From positions 27,745 through 91,744 of IMG/VR virus record IMGVR_UViG_2576861733_000002: 64,000 nt of DNA; one strand, 5' to 3'. How positions within the stretch are numbered: the stretch's first letter is position 1; each line of letters starts with the position of its first letter. Position numbers and translations under genes: made by a program. Below the pieces are notes generated by a model. That model was not told the DNA's origin. It saw only the letters and a program-made list of their open reading frames with translations, and searched no databases. Below are positions 1 to 9,472 of the stretch, one piece after another. This DNA is from a virus. Its lineage: Duplodnaviria > Caudoviricetes.

Positions 1-1347
1 ATTGCGCCCGCTGGCACGCACCCAGTCAGATTCCGTCGCCGCGCCACCCCTGATTTGTGTTTTCCAGGCGTTTGCCTCTTTGACCGGGTCAATCCACGGC
101 ATCACCGGGCCGGAATAAACCGCGTTATAAAGCGTGTCCATGTCCGTGCCGCGCGGTACCGTGATTTCGCCGGAGGCCACAGCCATTTTCAGCCAGGCCC
201 GGTACATGGGGCGGGTTATCGCGCCAATAAACCAGTTCTGCAGGATGAGATAGCCATCAGTGGACTCCACCAGCTCCTGCCGCTGCGCGCTGTAGGTGCC
301 GTTGTAGTTTCGTGCGGTACTCGAAAAGCTGAGGCGGGTTCCGGCGGCGACGGCGCGCAGTTGCCCGTTGCGGAATGTTTCCAGGTTCGGATTGGGGCGG
401 TCTGATTTAATCATTCCGATTTCTTCACCCGGTTGCAGGTCGTCATACAGCATGCCCGGCTTGATCATCAGCTCGCGGTCATCCTTTCCGGCGCTGTCTT
501 CGTCGTAGCTCTGCCCGTCCCCTTTTTTGATATACATCCCCAGCGCAGCGGCAATACGGGCGGCAACCAGCTCCGAATCCTCATACTCTTTCAGTGCGCT
601 GAGCCGCATCAGCACGCCGGAGAGCAACGAATTGCCACGGGTCTGGTGTAGACGGCGGGTATACTTCAGGTGCAGCATGTTTTCTGCATCAACGTTCTTC
701 GTATCGAGTTGCTTCCCGGTAACGGGCAGGATTTTATAAACCTGGTACGCTTTCGGGCGTCCCCAGTCATCCAGAAAAACGCCCTGGCTCAGTTTCAGGG
801 ATTCGTCACTGGTCATCGGGACAAAATCCGCCTCAAGCGCCTCGAGCCAGAACGGGATCCGCGCAGAGGGAACAAGGCTGTTGCCGGTACCGCTGACCAT
901 CTGGGCAAATACTTCACCGTCCCGCAACCAGCTGCGAAGCATGAGGCGCTCCAGCATGGGGCGGGTAAACTGGCCGGTGACCTCAGGCTTAACGGACCAT
1001 TCTGCAAATTTTTTACGGATATCCACCACCAGCTTTTTCGCTATCTTCCCGTTGCTCATTTTCGGGTGAGGTTCAACAACGATCCCGTTGGCACCCACCA
1101 CCCGTTCTTCGAGCTTGTCGAAGATGCCGATCACCAGGTCGTTATTGTTATCCAGCCAGCGGGCCTGCTCACGCAGAGAGGCCGCCCCCATCTGGCTCAG
1201 CTGGTTAGCCGAGCGATTTTCCCGGCGGGCCTTGTGTGTCCGTGACGGCCGGGCCGCCTCGTATGCCTGAATAACGGCCCTGGCCCGCAGCCGTGACGCT
1301 TTCCATGCCGGAGAAAATATGCCGATTGCATCGTCCAGAATGGTCAT
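1..1347 (-). CDS. Lambda-family portal protein (runs off the window edge)
   Basis: N-terminus translated by hand from ATG 1347: MTILDDAIGIFSPAWKASRLRARAVIQAYEAARPSR...LREQARWLDNNNDLVIGIFDKLEERVVG; follows gpW and terL; absent from ORF track because incomplete. Confidence 0.9.
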   Translation of the reverse strand, partial: MTILDDAIGIFSPAWKASRLRARAVIQAYEAARPSRTHKARRENRSANQLSQMGAASLREQARWLDNNNDLVIGIFDKLEERVVGANGIVVEPHPKMSNGKIAKKLVVDIRKKFAEWSVKPEVTGQFTRPMLERLMLRSWLRDGEVFAQMVSGTGNSLVPSARIPFWLEALEADFVPMTSDESLKLSQGVFLDDWGRPKAYQVYKILPVTGKQLDTKNVDAENMLHLKYTRRLHQTRGNSLLSGVLMRLSALKEYEDSELVAARIAAALGMYIKKGDGQSYDEDSAGKDDRELMIKPGMLYDDLQPGEEIGMIKSDRPNPNLETFRNGQLRAVAAGTRLSFSSTARNYNGTYSAQRQELVESTDGYLILQNWFIGAITRPMYRAWLKMAVASGEITVPRGTDMDTLYNAVYSGPVMPWIDPVKEANAWKTQIRGGAATESDWVRASGRN

Positions 1348-1559
1348 CCGAACCTCGCCAGTTTGTAGCCCGGATTGCCCCGGCGTTTGTTACTGATGGC
1401 GGCCAGACGACGCTCCCACTCCTGCCGCCCCTTGCGGATCTCGGCAAGATTTTCAAAGCTCATCTGTTGCCCGTTAAAGGTGATGGACTTGCCGCCCAGC
1501 ACCGCCATTTCTGCGTCGGTATAACGCTGGATCATGGCCTCAATATCACTCTGGTTCAC
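1344..1559 (-). CDS. gpW-like head-tail joining protein
   Basis: GTG start overlaps terL stop; AEMAVLGGKSITFNGQQMSFENLAEIRKGR motif; lies between terL and portal. Confidence 0.8.
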   Translation of the reverse strand: MNQSDIEAMIQRYTDAEMAVLGGKSITFNGQQMSFENLAEIRKGRQEWERRLAAISNKRRGNPGYKLARFG

Positions 1560-3664
1560 AGCCAGCCTCCTGACGTAGCCCACGGATTGTTTTCTGTTTC
1601 AGATTGCGGCTTCTTGCGCCGGGTTTTGGCTACCGGATCGGGTGTCGCAGGCGCCGGGGATGTCGCTTCGCCAGTTTCCGGCGGCGCGTCCTCCAGCCAC
1701 GTTTCCCGCCGTGCCCAGTCTGGCGCATCCGGCCATTTAATCTTTTCGTAGCCGTGAAGGATCGCCAGTGCATCGGCGTAGACCAGCAGGTCAAAGGCTT
1801 CGTTCGCGCCCCGTCCGGGTTTGCTCCATTTGCCATCAGCAGAACGCTCCTCATAAGTCAGTTCGTCGTAAAACCACGCTCCCAGCCACTCAGGAAAATG
1901 GACATAACCCGGCCCCGGCGAATCCCGCCACAGGGCGTTATTCACTCGATCCTTAAGGGAGTCGGTCTGGAGCAGATAAAGCGGAACATCACCGGCGGCT
2001 TTAGCCCGGCGCGCGGTCCTTCCGGTGTTATCCGGAAAAGTCCGGGTGATCAATTTAGCCCGGCGCTGACTGTCCCCTTTGAACAGGAACACCCGTTTGC
2101 CAAGGCCTTCCCGGCGGCACTTACGCCAGAATTTGTATGCGTTGTCGGTAACACCATCCTCCCCACCGGAGTCAACGGCCATTGCCATAAGCCGCATGCG
2201 TTTTGTCGGGTCACTGGCAAGCGGCCAGGATTTTTCAAACACATCGCTCAGAAGCAAATCCCAGTCCTCCGGGTAACCCGACGGGTCAACCTGATAACTT
2301 TCCCCGTCACCGTTAATGCGCAGTGACTGGCGGATGTTGTAGCGATCAACAATCCAGCGCTCACCCTGCGCACCGTAGCCCGTGACCTGAACCACGAAAC
2401 GGCGGTTTTTCCCGGCCTGCACATCGACGGTTGCCGCAATAAAACACACGCCATCCGGGACGGACCGTTTCGGTACAACCTCCGCCCGCTGCTCCAGCAG
2501 TTCGCTTTTACGCTGCTCCATGCTGGCGCGCGGGAGATAGGGCCGCCCGAAGTCGGTGTTTACCACCGTTTTTAACGTCTCTTCGCTCTGTGTCGCTTCA
2601 TACTCCTGCTCTGCTGTCAGGAATTTGTAAATCATCTGCGCCCATGTCTGGTAAGCCGCTGCCGGTCCCTCCATCCAGAAGGAAGCAATACGTGAGCGAC
2701 GCGGTTCGCCATACCGGTTACCGTCCCGGTCTATTTTTTCCCCGTCGCGAAGCCAGACATGCCGGATGTTCAGATCGCGCTTCATCTCTGGTGTAATTTT
2801 TCCCTGGCATGCCGGGCACTGGAGATAAGCGGCTTCACTTGCCAGAACGGGATCAGGCGATTCCCTGTAGCCGGTCATATTGGCAATTTCTGGCTGAAAA
2901 TATTCGTGGCAATGCGGGCACTGCCAGTACAGGCGACGGCGATCGCCACGGTTGAACAGGGACAGGATGCCGGTCGTTGGTGGCGCTTCATGTGCGGTTG
3001 CTGGCCGCCATTTTGTGTCGCGAATGTCGCGGCCGGGTGAACTTTCCACGAGCGTCATGCCGCCGGACATAAACGTGGTCGTGCGCTTTGAACCGAGGGA
3101 AAAAGCATCGCCCTCCCCGTCGATGTCTTCGGGAAAGCGGTCATAGTCGGTTAAGGCCACGCTTTTATAATCCGACGATGACATGATATTGACCGAGGGC
3201 CAGCCGAGTTTCAGGTAGTTACCTGCCCGGAATGTCCGGTCGTGGACGTTATTGTCATTGCGGCGGGGGCTCAGCCGTGATTTAACCTCCGGGCTGCAGC
3301 GGAAGGTGCGGTCGAGGCGTTTCTTGGAGTGTTCCCGCGCTTTCTCCTCTGAAACCTGTATCACCAGCATATCCGCCGGATCGCAGACGATGTTATATAC
3401 AATCCAGCCATCAATCAGGCCGATGGTTTTGCCGGTTCGTGCAGGCCCGACGAACACCACCGCATCGTATTCTCTGGACGCAAGGCAATTCATCGGCTCG
3501 ATGATATAGGGAGCAAGATTAGGATCCCACGGAACGGAGTTACCCGCCCCCATAGGCACACGCATGTATGAGCTGACCGCATCAGCCACCTTCATACGAC
3601 GCGGGGCACGTAAAATGCCGGAGACATCGCGGCGGATCCCCCTGGCAGATGCCCGTTTGGCCAT
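1556..3664 (-). CDS. Terminase large subunit, lambda gpA family
   Basis: 702 aa; Walker A-like GPARTGKT, CPHC/CPAC motifs, TVDVQ and AVDSGG nuclease motifs. Confidence 0.95.
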   Translation of the reverse strand: MAKRASARGIRRDVSGILRAPRRMKVADAVSSYMRVPMGAGNSVPWDPNLAPYIIEPMNCLASREYDAVVFVGPARTGKTIGLIDGWIVYNIVCDPADMLVIQVSEEKAREHSKKRLDRTFRCSPEVKSRLSPRRNDNNVHDRTFRAGNYLKLGWPSVNIMSSSDYKSVALTDYDRFPEDIDGEGDAFSLGSKRTTTFMSGGMTLVESSPGRDIRDTKWRPATAHEAPPTTGILSLFNRGDRRRLYWQCPHCHEYFQPEIANMTGYRESPDPVLASEAAYLQCPACQGKITPEMKRDLNIRHVWLRDGEKIDRDGNRYGEPRRSRIASFWMEGPAAAYQTWAQMIYKFLTAEQEYEATQSEETLKTVVNTDFGRPYLPRASMEQRKSELLEQRAEVVPKRSVPDGVCFIAATVDVQAGKNRRFVVQVTGYGAQGERWIVDRYNIRQSLRINGDGESYQVDPSGYPEDWDLLLSDVFEKSWPLASDPTKRMRLMAMAVDSGGEDGVTDNAYKFWRKCRREGLGKRVFLFKGDSQRRAKLITRTFPDNTGRTARRAKAAGDVPLYLLQTDSLKDRVNNALWRDSPGPGYVHFPEWLGAWFYDELTYEERSADGKWSKPGRGANEAFDLLVYADALAILHGYEKIKWPDAPDWARRETWLEDAPPETGEATSPAPATPDPVAKTRRKKPQSETENNPWATSGGWL

Positions 3665-4152
3665 CAGTCCTCCTCTGGCTCTTCCTCCTCTGGTTCGGCG
3701 TCCATCACTTTTTGTGCCACCTGGTCGCGCAGATCATCAATCACGCTCTGCACGCGGGAGATCGCAACCGGCGTCAGCGCGCAGTCGCGTTCAAGGATGT
3801 CCGGGAGTGTTTCAAGCACCATAACGACGGCTTTCGCCATTAATGAAAACTCACGGGCAACATCTTCAGCCGGTATGAGCTGCTTTGTATCGACCTCAAA
3901 TTTCAGCCGCTCATTTTCAGCTTTCCAGTGTGCAAGCCGATCACCTGGCGGCATATCCTCAAGACTGGCGGATACCGTCGGGATCATCAGTTCGCACAGG
4001 ATATCGGTGACGAGGTAGAGTTTTAGCTTGCTGTTACTGCCAGGGGCCGGGCTGACATTTTTCAGCCGCGCGGCGACTGTCTGGCGGTGCGCGCCGGTGA
4101 TACCCGCGAGCTGGTTGATGTTGAGCTTTAACGCTGCAATTTCCTGGTCCAT
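3664..4152 (-). CDS. Terminase small subunit (Nu1/DUF1441-like)
   Basis: N-terminal HTH LNINQLAGITGAHRQTV; directly upstream of terL and downstream of cos. Confidence 0.88.
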   Translation of the reverse strand: MDQEIAALKLNINQLAGITGAHRQTVAARLKNVSPAPGSNSKLKLYLVTDILCELMIPTVSASLEDMPPGDRLAHWKAENERLKFEVDTKQLIPAEDVAREFSLMAKAVVMVLETLPDILERDCALTPVAISRVQSVIDDLRDQVAQKVMDAEPEEEEPEED

Positions 4153-4269
4153 GATGGTGAACACTTTTTAAACAATTCGACATCATTGAAAATCGGGCAG
4201 ATTAAAAATCAATAACCTGCGCACATGATGATGATGACCATGGATCACGAAAACCAGCCGCTTTCCGCG

Positions 4270-4281
4270 ACCTCGCCGCCC
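4270..4281 (-). other. cosN (putative 12-nt cohesive end GGGCGGCGAGGT)
   Basis: Minus strand ACG-GGGCGGCGAGGT-CGCGG versus lambda ACG-GGGCGGCGACCT-CGCGG; about 120 bp upstream of terS. Confidence 0.8.
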
Positions 4282-4432
4282 CGTGGACTGGACCCCCTCC
4301 GGGAGTACATAAATGATAATCATTCGCATCAATGGCAAGATTTGACATAAATCACCCCATTTTGGACGTTTAGACGTCCAAATACACCAATCCGGACGCG
4401 ATACAGACGTCCAAATGGCTTAATCCGTGCTG

Positions 4433-4471
4433 CCATTATCACAGGCACTCAGTGAATGCCTGCTGTAATGC
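4433..4471. other. Inverted-repeat hairpin downstream of the lysis cassette
   Basis: CATTATCACAGGCACTCAGTGAATGCCTGCTGTAATG imperfect palindrome. Confidence 0.55.
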
Positions 4472-4509
4472 CCGTTATTCGATACTGCTTTATTGATAGT
4501 TCCTCAGAC

Positions 4510-4536
4510 AAAAAAAACCGCTCGGACTGAGCGGTT
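4510..4536 (-). terminator. Rho-independent terminator
   Basis: AACCGCTC-GGACT-GAGCGGTT stem with a poly-T run on the minus strand. Confidence 0.7.
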
Positions 4537-4715
4537 GAAGAAGAATGGTTTTGGGTAAAGGGTATAAACGATGATAGCTCTTTAAATATAGTCCGGGTCA
4601 GACTCACTTCAAATTAAGTAAGCGATTAAAGAGAAAAATGTAAAACGCCCCGCTATTTAGGGATTCCCCTGAACGCCAGGCCAGCGCCGATTTTCAGTCG
4701 GGGCATTCATTTCAA

Positions 4716-4955
4716 CTACAGCTGGTCGCTATCTCCTGCTGGCTGGATATCGATAAAATATTCTTTACCCTGCTCAAACTGCTCGAATGCTGCCGGGTTG
4801 GAGATCACCATATGAAGCTGCCCACCAGGGGTGTACTTAGACCAGGATTCGTTCTCCGTACTGCCAGTCGTTACCGCCATCAGATTGACGACAGCAGAAG
4901 AGTTATCCGGGGATTTGTTGATGCTGTTACATTGAAATTTTGCACGTACCGTCAT
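4716..4955 (-). CDS. Hypothetical phage protein (79 aa)
   Basis: MTVRAKFQCNSI...ENESWSKYTPGGQLHMVISNPAAFEQFEQGKEYFIDI; SD AAAGG upstream. Confidence 0.7.
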   Translation of the reverse strand: MTVRAKFQCNSINKSPDNSSAVVNLMAVTTGSTENESWSKYTPGGQLHMVISNPAAFEQFEQGKEYFIDIQPAGDSDQL

Positions 4956-5031
4956 GATGTTACCTTTTTTTGGTTTCGGGTATGGGCGTATACCCGCGAT
5001 GGAATGCGAAATTAGCAGCATGCTCGCTCCT

Positions 5032-5502
5032 TTATTTCAGGCACTGCTGCCTGATGTAGTCCTGCAGGTAGTTCACTTGCCCTGTGATGGTGGCGATTCG
5101 CTCTCTGAGGGTGAAATAATCCCGTTGAGCGGAGTCTGTAAGTCGGGGGCTGGCTGCATCGCCCACGCCGCCGGAGGTGGACGATCCGTCCTGGGTGCAG
5201 GTGGCGGCGACTCGCAGCCTACGCTTGCCAGCAGCAACATCGCGTTCAAGCTGATCAATAGTGGCCTTTGCATTTGCCAGATCTCCGGTGTATTTGGCAT
5301 CCAGTGCGGCAACATCACGCTGGCGCACCTGCATATCGGTGATAGTGTCCTTCGCCAGCTTCAGATCGCTGGTGGCTTTATCGCGCTGCGCTTTGTAGGC
5401 GATCGCATTGTCACGGTAGTGGTTAGCGAAAAAGGCGAGCACGGCCACCAGCGCTATTACCGACAACTGAAGCCAGTAGCGCTTTAACAGCGCCGTAATC
5501 AC
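5032..5502 (-). CDS. Rz: i-spanin Rz
   Basis: N-terminal TM helix, coiled coil, [11 protein letters not shown] and [10 protein letters not shown]...LQDYIRQQC as in lambda Rz. Confidence 0.92.
   Translation of the reverse strand: MITALLKRYWLQLSVIALVAVLAFFANHYRDNAIAYKAQRDKATSDLKLAKDTITDMQVRQRDVAALDAKYTGDLANAKATIDQLERDVAAGKRRLRVAATCTQDGSSTSGGVGDAASPRLTDSAQRDYFTLRERIATITGQVNYLQDYIRQQCLK
5073..5273 (-). CDS. Rz1: o-spanin Rz1 embedded in Rz
   Basis: Alternative frame inside Rz; lipobox LASVGC then Pro-rich [25 protein letters not shown]. Confidence 0.88.
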   Translation of the reverse strand: MQRPLLISLNAMLLLASVGCESPPPAPRTDRPPPAAWAMQPAPDLQTPLNGIISPSESESPPSQGK

Positions 5503-5939
5503 GATATGAACAGAGCGAACTCCGCCTCACGGCGACGGGAAAGTCCAGCCAGCACCTTGCCTCCAGCCTTATTCCAGCGCGGGAATTCATCCGCTGCGCC
5601 GTCATAATCGCCGGCATTCAGTTTTTTAAGGAGCGTGGACGTGGAAAGCGCGCGCGTTCCGAGGTTGTAGGCAAACGACACGAGCGCATCAAACTGCCCC
5701 TGAGTCAGCTTCACCTTCACCAGCTTCGATACGTCGCTCTCGTAGCTCACCAGCCCGGTACGCAGCAAACGTTCTGCCGTTTCCTCTTTGATGGTCATAC
5801 CGGCGCGGACAGGTTTGCCGTCTACGGGCTGCGTCCAGCCATAGCCTATCGTCCACACGCCAACGCTGTCCTGATATGCCGTAAGCCGCAGGCCTTCAAA
5901 CTGTTTAATGAGAGCAATTCCACGCTCGCTAATATTCAT
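5499..5939 (-). CDS. Endolysin, GH24 lysozyme
   Basis: [22 protein letters not shown]-x8-D-x5-T catalytic triad; [12 protein letters not shown]. Confidence 0.95.
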   Translation of the reverse strand: MNISERGIALIKQFEGLRLTAYQDSVGVWTIGYGWTQPVDGKPVRAGMTIKEETAERLLRTGLVSYESDVSKLVKVKLTQGQFDALVSFAYNLGTRALSTSTLLKKLNAGDYDGAADEFPRWNKAGGKVLAGLSRRREAEFALFIS

Positions 5940-6478
5940 GTCGTGCCCCTTGTGAAGGTATGGCCCTTGTGTGATTTTCTATTATTTCGGCATAAGACCT
6001 TGTAAACCTCGGCTGGATCAAACCCATTGCGTCTTATGTCATCCGTTCCGGCCATCACTATTTCTTTTCCGCTTTTAATATCTTTGGCTAAAATGAAACC
6101 CTTAAAACCTTTTGATCCATGACCTTTCAGATTAATATTTAATCCATTGCGGAATGCATGTTTTTGATTTTCTGATTTTGTCACCCACTCTAAATTTTCC
6201 GCTCTGTTATCAGCCTTTATCCCATTAATATGGTTTACCTGCTCCTTGCCTTCTGGGTTGGGTATAAAATGCAAAGCAACAAGCCTGTGAACAGTAAAGG
6301 CCTTTTGTTTTTTATCTCTATAAAGTCTGAATGAAAAATACCCGCGCCTAAGCAAATTTGGCTTTAGTACTTTGAAAGTGCCATCGCCTTTTATGCTTCT
6401 AGCCCTGCCTCGGTTTGAAATCTGATAAGCCCCAGAGTATCCATCGATATCACTCCACACCTCAGCCGTTTGCATCAT
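5936..6478 (-). CDS. NUMOD4-HNH homing endonuclease
   Basis: [20 protein letters not shown] (NUMOD4) and VHRLVALHF...[18 protein letters not shown] (HNH); AT-rich. Confidence 0.9.
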   Translation of the reverse strand: MMQTAEVWSDIDGYSGAYQISNRGRARSIKGDGTFKVLKPNLLRRGYFSFRLYRDKKQKAFTVHRLVALHFIPNPEGKEQVNHINGIKADNRAENLEWVTKSENQKHAFRNGLNINLKGHGSKGFKGFILAKDIKSGKEIVMAGTDDIRRNGFDPAEVYKVLCRNNRKSHKGHTFTRGTT

Positions 6479-6782
6479 CCGCCCCCGCTTTTCTTGCGGC
6501 GAAGCGCTTGATGAAGCCGCCGATAAAATCTGTTCCCACGTAGCCAATAAACACACTGGCGATATACGACAGGTTTTTAGCCAGACCGAAGAACTCCAGC
6601 AGGTCACGGGCAAACCAGGCGATCATCGCGCACATGGTGGCATCTATAAGCGTTTTCATGATCGGGCCGCCGTTATAGCGTCCCCGGAGATACGCCATTG
6701 CAAACGCCAGCATTGCGCCAATACCCTGCTCTTTTGCAGCCAACAGAGCAGCAATGAAATCTTGTTTGTAAGGCATTTTCAT
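6462..6782 (-). CDS. S: Lambda S-type holin with Met-Lys-Met dual start
   Basis: [39 protein letters not shown] closely matches lambda S107/S105. Confidence 0.95.
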   Translation of the reverse strand: MKMPYKQDFIAALLAAKEQGIGAMLAFAMAYLRGRYNGGPIMKTLIDATMCAMIAWFARDLLEFFGLAKNLSYIASVFIGYVGTDFIGGFIKRFAARKAGADDANG

Positions 6783-6830
6783 AGTCTCTCACCTCGCTGT
6801 TTACGGAGGCTGTGTGATTGGAAACAGGAT

Positions 6831-7010
6831 AAAAAAAAGGCCTGCTCGGATGAACAGGCCAGAAAAGCAATAATAAATTTACAGGATGTGGTGCCGGGTG
6901 CCTCCCGGTGAGTCTTTGGCCAGCCACCATGACCCGCGCAGGGTATGCTTCAGTCGTGAAACACGAAGATTGCTGTTTACGCCCCTCCGCACAGGGGGAT
7001 TCACCACATC
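6831..7010 (-). ncRNA. Structured cloverleaf RNA, copy A, with own promoter and terminator (possibly sRNA-Xcc1-like)
   Basis: Closing stem GATGTGGTG/CACCACATC, hairpins CCCCTGTGCGGAGGGG and CCGGGAGGCACCCGG, terminator GGCCTG..CAGGCC-T8; -35 TTGACG (7038-7043), -10 TACATT (7014-7019); family name recalled, not searched. Confidence 0.65.
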
Positions 7011-7096
7011 AATAATGTAAAATTAGCCGTACCGATTCGTCAATAAGCAACACTCTGTCAAAGAGTCATCAGAGAGAGATGACCTTTTGCACAGCG

Positions 7097-7246
7097 TTAT
7101 TTTTTTATTTTACGGGGCCAGTACCGACAGGCCACCAGCATGATGATGAATATCACCAGCAGGGTAAGATCCATCAGTACACCGGTGATCCGCCAGGCGG
7201 CGATAAGTACCAGCCCAGACAGCAGGCATACCCCGGCGCGCTTCAT
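7097..7246 (-). CDS. Small membrane protein (49 aa)
   Basis: Translated by hand: MKRAGVCLLSGLVLIAAWRITGVLMDLTLLVIFIIMLVACRYWPRKIKK; start overlaps the stop of the TAXI gene. Confidence 0.65.
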   Translation of the reverse strand: MKRAGVCLLSGLVLIAAWRITGVLMDLTLLVIFIIMLVACRYWPRKIKK

Positions 7247-8082
7247 TACTTGCTGCCCAGCACGCGGCTGATATTTTTCAGCAGAACGGTTGAGGCGGTT
7301 TCCAGCATGTCATCACCGGCCTCGGTGTTGGCGACCACCAGCGTTTTAGTGCACGGCACTTTCACCTTTGAATCACTGAGCCAGCCGGATTCAGTGACCG
7401 CTTTTTTCAGTTCATAAACCGGCTTGCCGTTTGGCAGTTTGTCATCCACATGCCAGCCGTTCATGCTGATCATCGTCAGACCGCTGCCCTTCTGGTTGAC
7501 TACCTCAAGAAACTTGTTAGAGCGATCCGGCGCGGATACCCACAGGAACGCGTCATATTCCCCGGTTGTCACCTTTGCCAGCGAACGGACGCCGCCCTTT
7601 GCGTAGGTCTCAACCTTCGCGTAGTCCTTTTCGAGCGACTGCAAATACTGCCAGGAGGCATAAGAGCCGCTGGCCGGTTCACCCACGGCGATTTTTATGC
7701 CTTCTTTCAGATCGCTTTCACTGCTGATCTTCCCGCCATCTTTGACGGCGACAAACACGCATTCATCTGCAAGCTCGCCGATGATGTCCACTTTCTGCGC
7801 TTCATTGCCGTGGCGGCTGCGCCAGAACTGAAACGCATCCGCCTGAGTGAAGCCGATCTGCGCTTCGCCGCTGGCGACTTTATCAAGGTTGTCCAGCGAG
7901 CCTTTGCTCGGGATCACCGTCGATTTATAACCGTATTCGCTTAGCGCGCTGGCGAGATTGACCCCATACCCAGCGTTATACGTCAGCCCCTGCAGACCGG
8001 TGGTGATGGTGATATCTGCTGATACGGCGCTAAAACTTGCGCACAGGAGTACCGCCGCGATAGCGGTGAATAGCTTTTTCAT
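7246..8082 (-). CDS. TAXI-family (TRAP-type) periplasmic solute-binding protein
   Basis: Signal peptide; ITTGLQGLTY, SKGSLDNLDKVASGEAQIGFTQAD, IAVGEPASGS motifs. Confidence 0.8.
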   Translation of the reverse strand: MKKLFTAIAAVLLCASFSAVSADITITTGLQGLTYNAGYGVNLASALSEYGYKSTVIPSKGSLDNLDKVASGEAQIGFTQADAFQFWRSRHGNEAQKVDIIGELADECVFVAVKDGGKISSESDLKEGIKIAVGEPASGSYASWQYLQSLEKDYAKVETYAKGGVRSLAKVTTGEYDAFLWVSAPDRSNKFLEVVNQKGSGLTMISMNGWHVDDKLPNGKPVYELKKAVTESGWLSDSKVKVPCTKTLVVANTEAGDDMLETASTVLLKNISRVLGSK

Positions 8083-8351
8083 GTGACTTTCCTTTAAGGG
8101 GTGAGCCAGTGCCCAGGGAGAGTACGCAGAGAGTCAAACTCCCTGTGGCTCACCTCTGTAAAGGCTCTGCGGTTTGATGTATGCGTCGGCACAGACGTGG
8201 TGATCTTTGAAATACAACTATTTAGTAAAGAGGGTTCTGGCCTGCATTTGTTTCACCAAAAGGTGAAGTTTGTGTGTAACTCCCGAGGCTATAAATGAAA
8301 AAAGCCACATAAAAATGTGGCTTCAGTGCAGTGGAATTAATACTTTTTTAA

Positions 8352-8510
8352 CTAAGGTTTTTTTAGACCATACTGCTCGCGAATGATCTTCTCCAGACCG
8401 ATGCGGCTAAGTGTAATGAAGACACGCTCTCCTGGAATGAAAAGCCTGAACTCAACCGCCGAAATCTTCGTTACCTTGAACCTCAACCCGGCAAAACACA
8501 CTCTGCGCAT
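8352..8510 (-). CDS. Small hypothetical protein (52 aa)
   Basis: Translated by hand: MRRVCFAGLRFKVTKISAVEFRLFIPGERVFITLSRIGLEKIIREQYGLKKP; terminator-like hairpin at 8298-8322. Confidence 0.4.
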   Translation of the reverse strand: MRRVCFAGLRFKVTKISAVEFRLFIPGERVFITLSRIGLEKIIREQYGLKKP

Positions 8511-8667
8511 AAAAACACCAGAAAGCATGAGGCTTTAAAAGTGGAAACAGATCAACTGTCGAAACTATATCCTGGTATCAAAATGCCGCCATGATCCTGG
8601 TCAACGCCGTATCTTGCCGCTGTTTGGGCTTCAGTCTCCGTGGTGAAACAGAAATTTTACCGCCAAT

Positions 8668-8833
8668 AAAAAAGGCCTGCTCGGACGAACAGGCCAGAAA
8701 AGCAATAATAAATTTACAGGATGTGGTGCCGGGTGCCTCCCGGTGAGCAATAGATCGGTCATGACCTTCGCTCGCGTAAAATTCAGAGACAACGAACTGT
8801 TTTACGCCCCTCCGCACAGGGGGATTCACTACA
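8668..8833 (-). ncRNA. Structured cloverleaf RNA, copy B
   Basis: Blocks of about 80 bp and 29 bp near-identical to copy A around a different core; -35 TTGACC (8863-8868), -10 TAAATT (8839-8844). Confidence 0.65.
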
Positions 8834-8968
8834 GAAATAATTTATCGTCTAATCGTTAAGTTGGTCAATAAGATATGCTCATCAGCAGACAATACTACAG
8901 ATCCAAAAGTGAACTTTTGTCAATTCATAGCATCTCAATGTCGTTCTTGTAAGCACAGGTTTGATAAC

Positions 8969-9298
8969 ATGAGAAAAATTGTAATTGCAGCGCTTCTGAT
9001 TTCACTTTCTGGATGTGATGATGCTAAATCATCCCCCCCACCAATCCCTCCTGACTATGATGGTGCAGCCAGCAGACAGGCAGGAACCTGGCAATTAATC
9101 GAAAAAATAAAAGACTCCAAAGGGGATGTAACTCAGGTTCTGTTATTTAATACGGCTGATGGCGAGGTTTGCAAAATTTATACTATTGATGATGATGAAA
9201 TGCCAACAAATAAACCTCCTGTGCGCTGCTATTCCGCTAATGACTACATAACGGATCGAAAACCACCCAAAGAAAACGGTCATAAAGATGAAAAGTAA
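8969..9298 (+). CDS. Moron lipoprotein
   Basis: MRKIVIAALLISLSGC lipobox; AT-rich; antisense to the late operon. Confidence 0.75.
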   Translation: MRKIVIAALLISLSGCDDAKSSPPPIPPDYDGAASRQAGTWQLIEKIKDSKGDVTQVLLFNTADGEVCKIYTIDDDEMPTNKPPVRCYSANDYITDRKPPKENGHKDEK

Positions 9299-9472
9299 GC
9301 AGCGGCTGTGGTCTAACTATTCGTAAGGATGAGATTATCAGCCATACCAGAAAATATTCTGAGAATATTACCAGGAATGTGCCCGGAATCATTTCAAGTA
9401 ATTACAGAATCTTTCTCTCGATCTTGCTGGTGTCGGTTTAAATTGATACCAGCATTTTATACCTCCGGGGGC

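Noticed and set aside
6925-6935. GGUCAUGGU in RNA copy A as antisense to the GACCAAUGACC motif
   Set aside because: Match is short and gapped, and partly buried in a predicted stem; could be chance
6831-8833. Repeat-variable-repeat units as a CRISPR-like array
   Set aside because: Only two units 1.8 kb apart, each with its own promoter and terminator, and no cas genes
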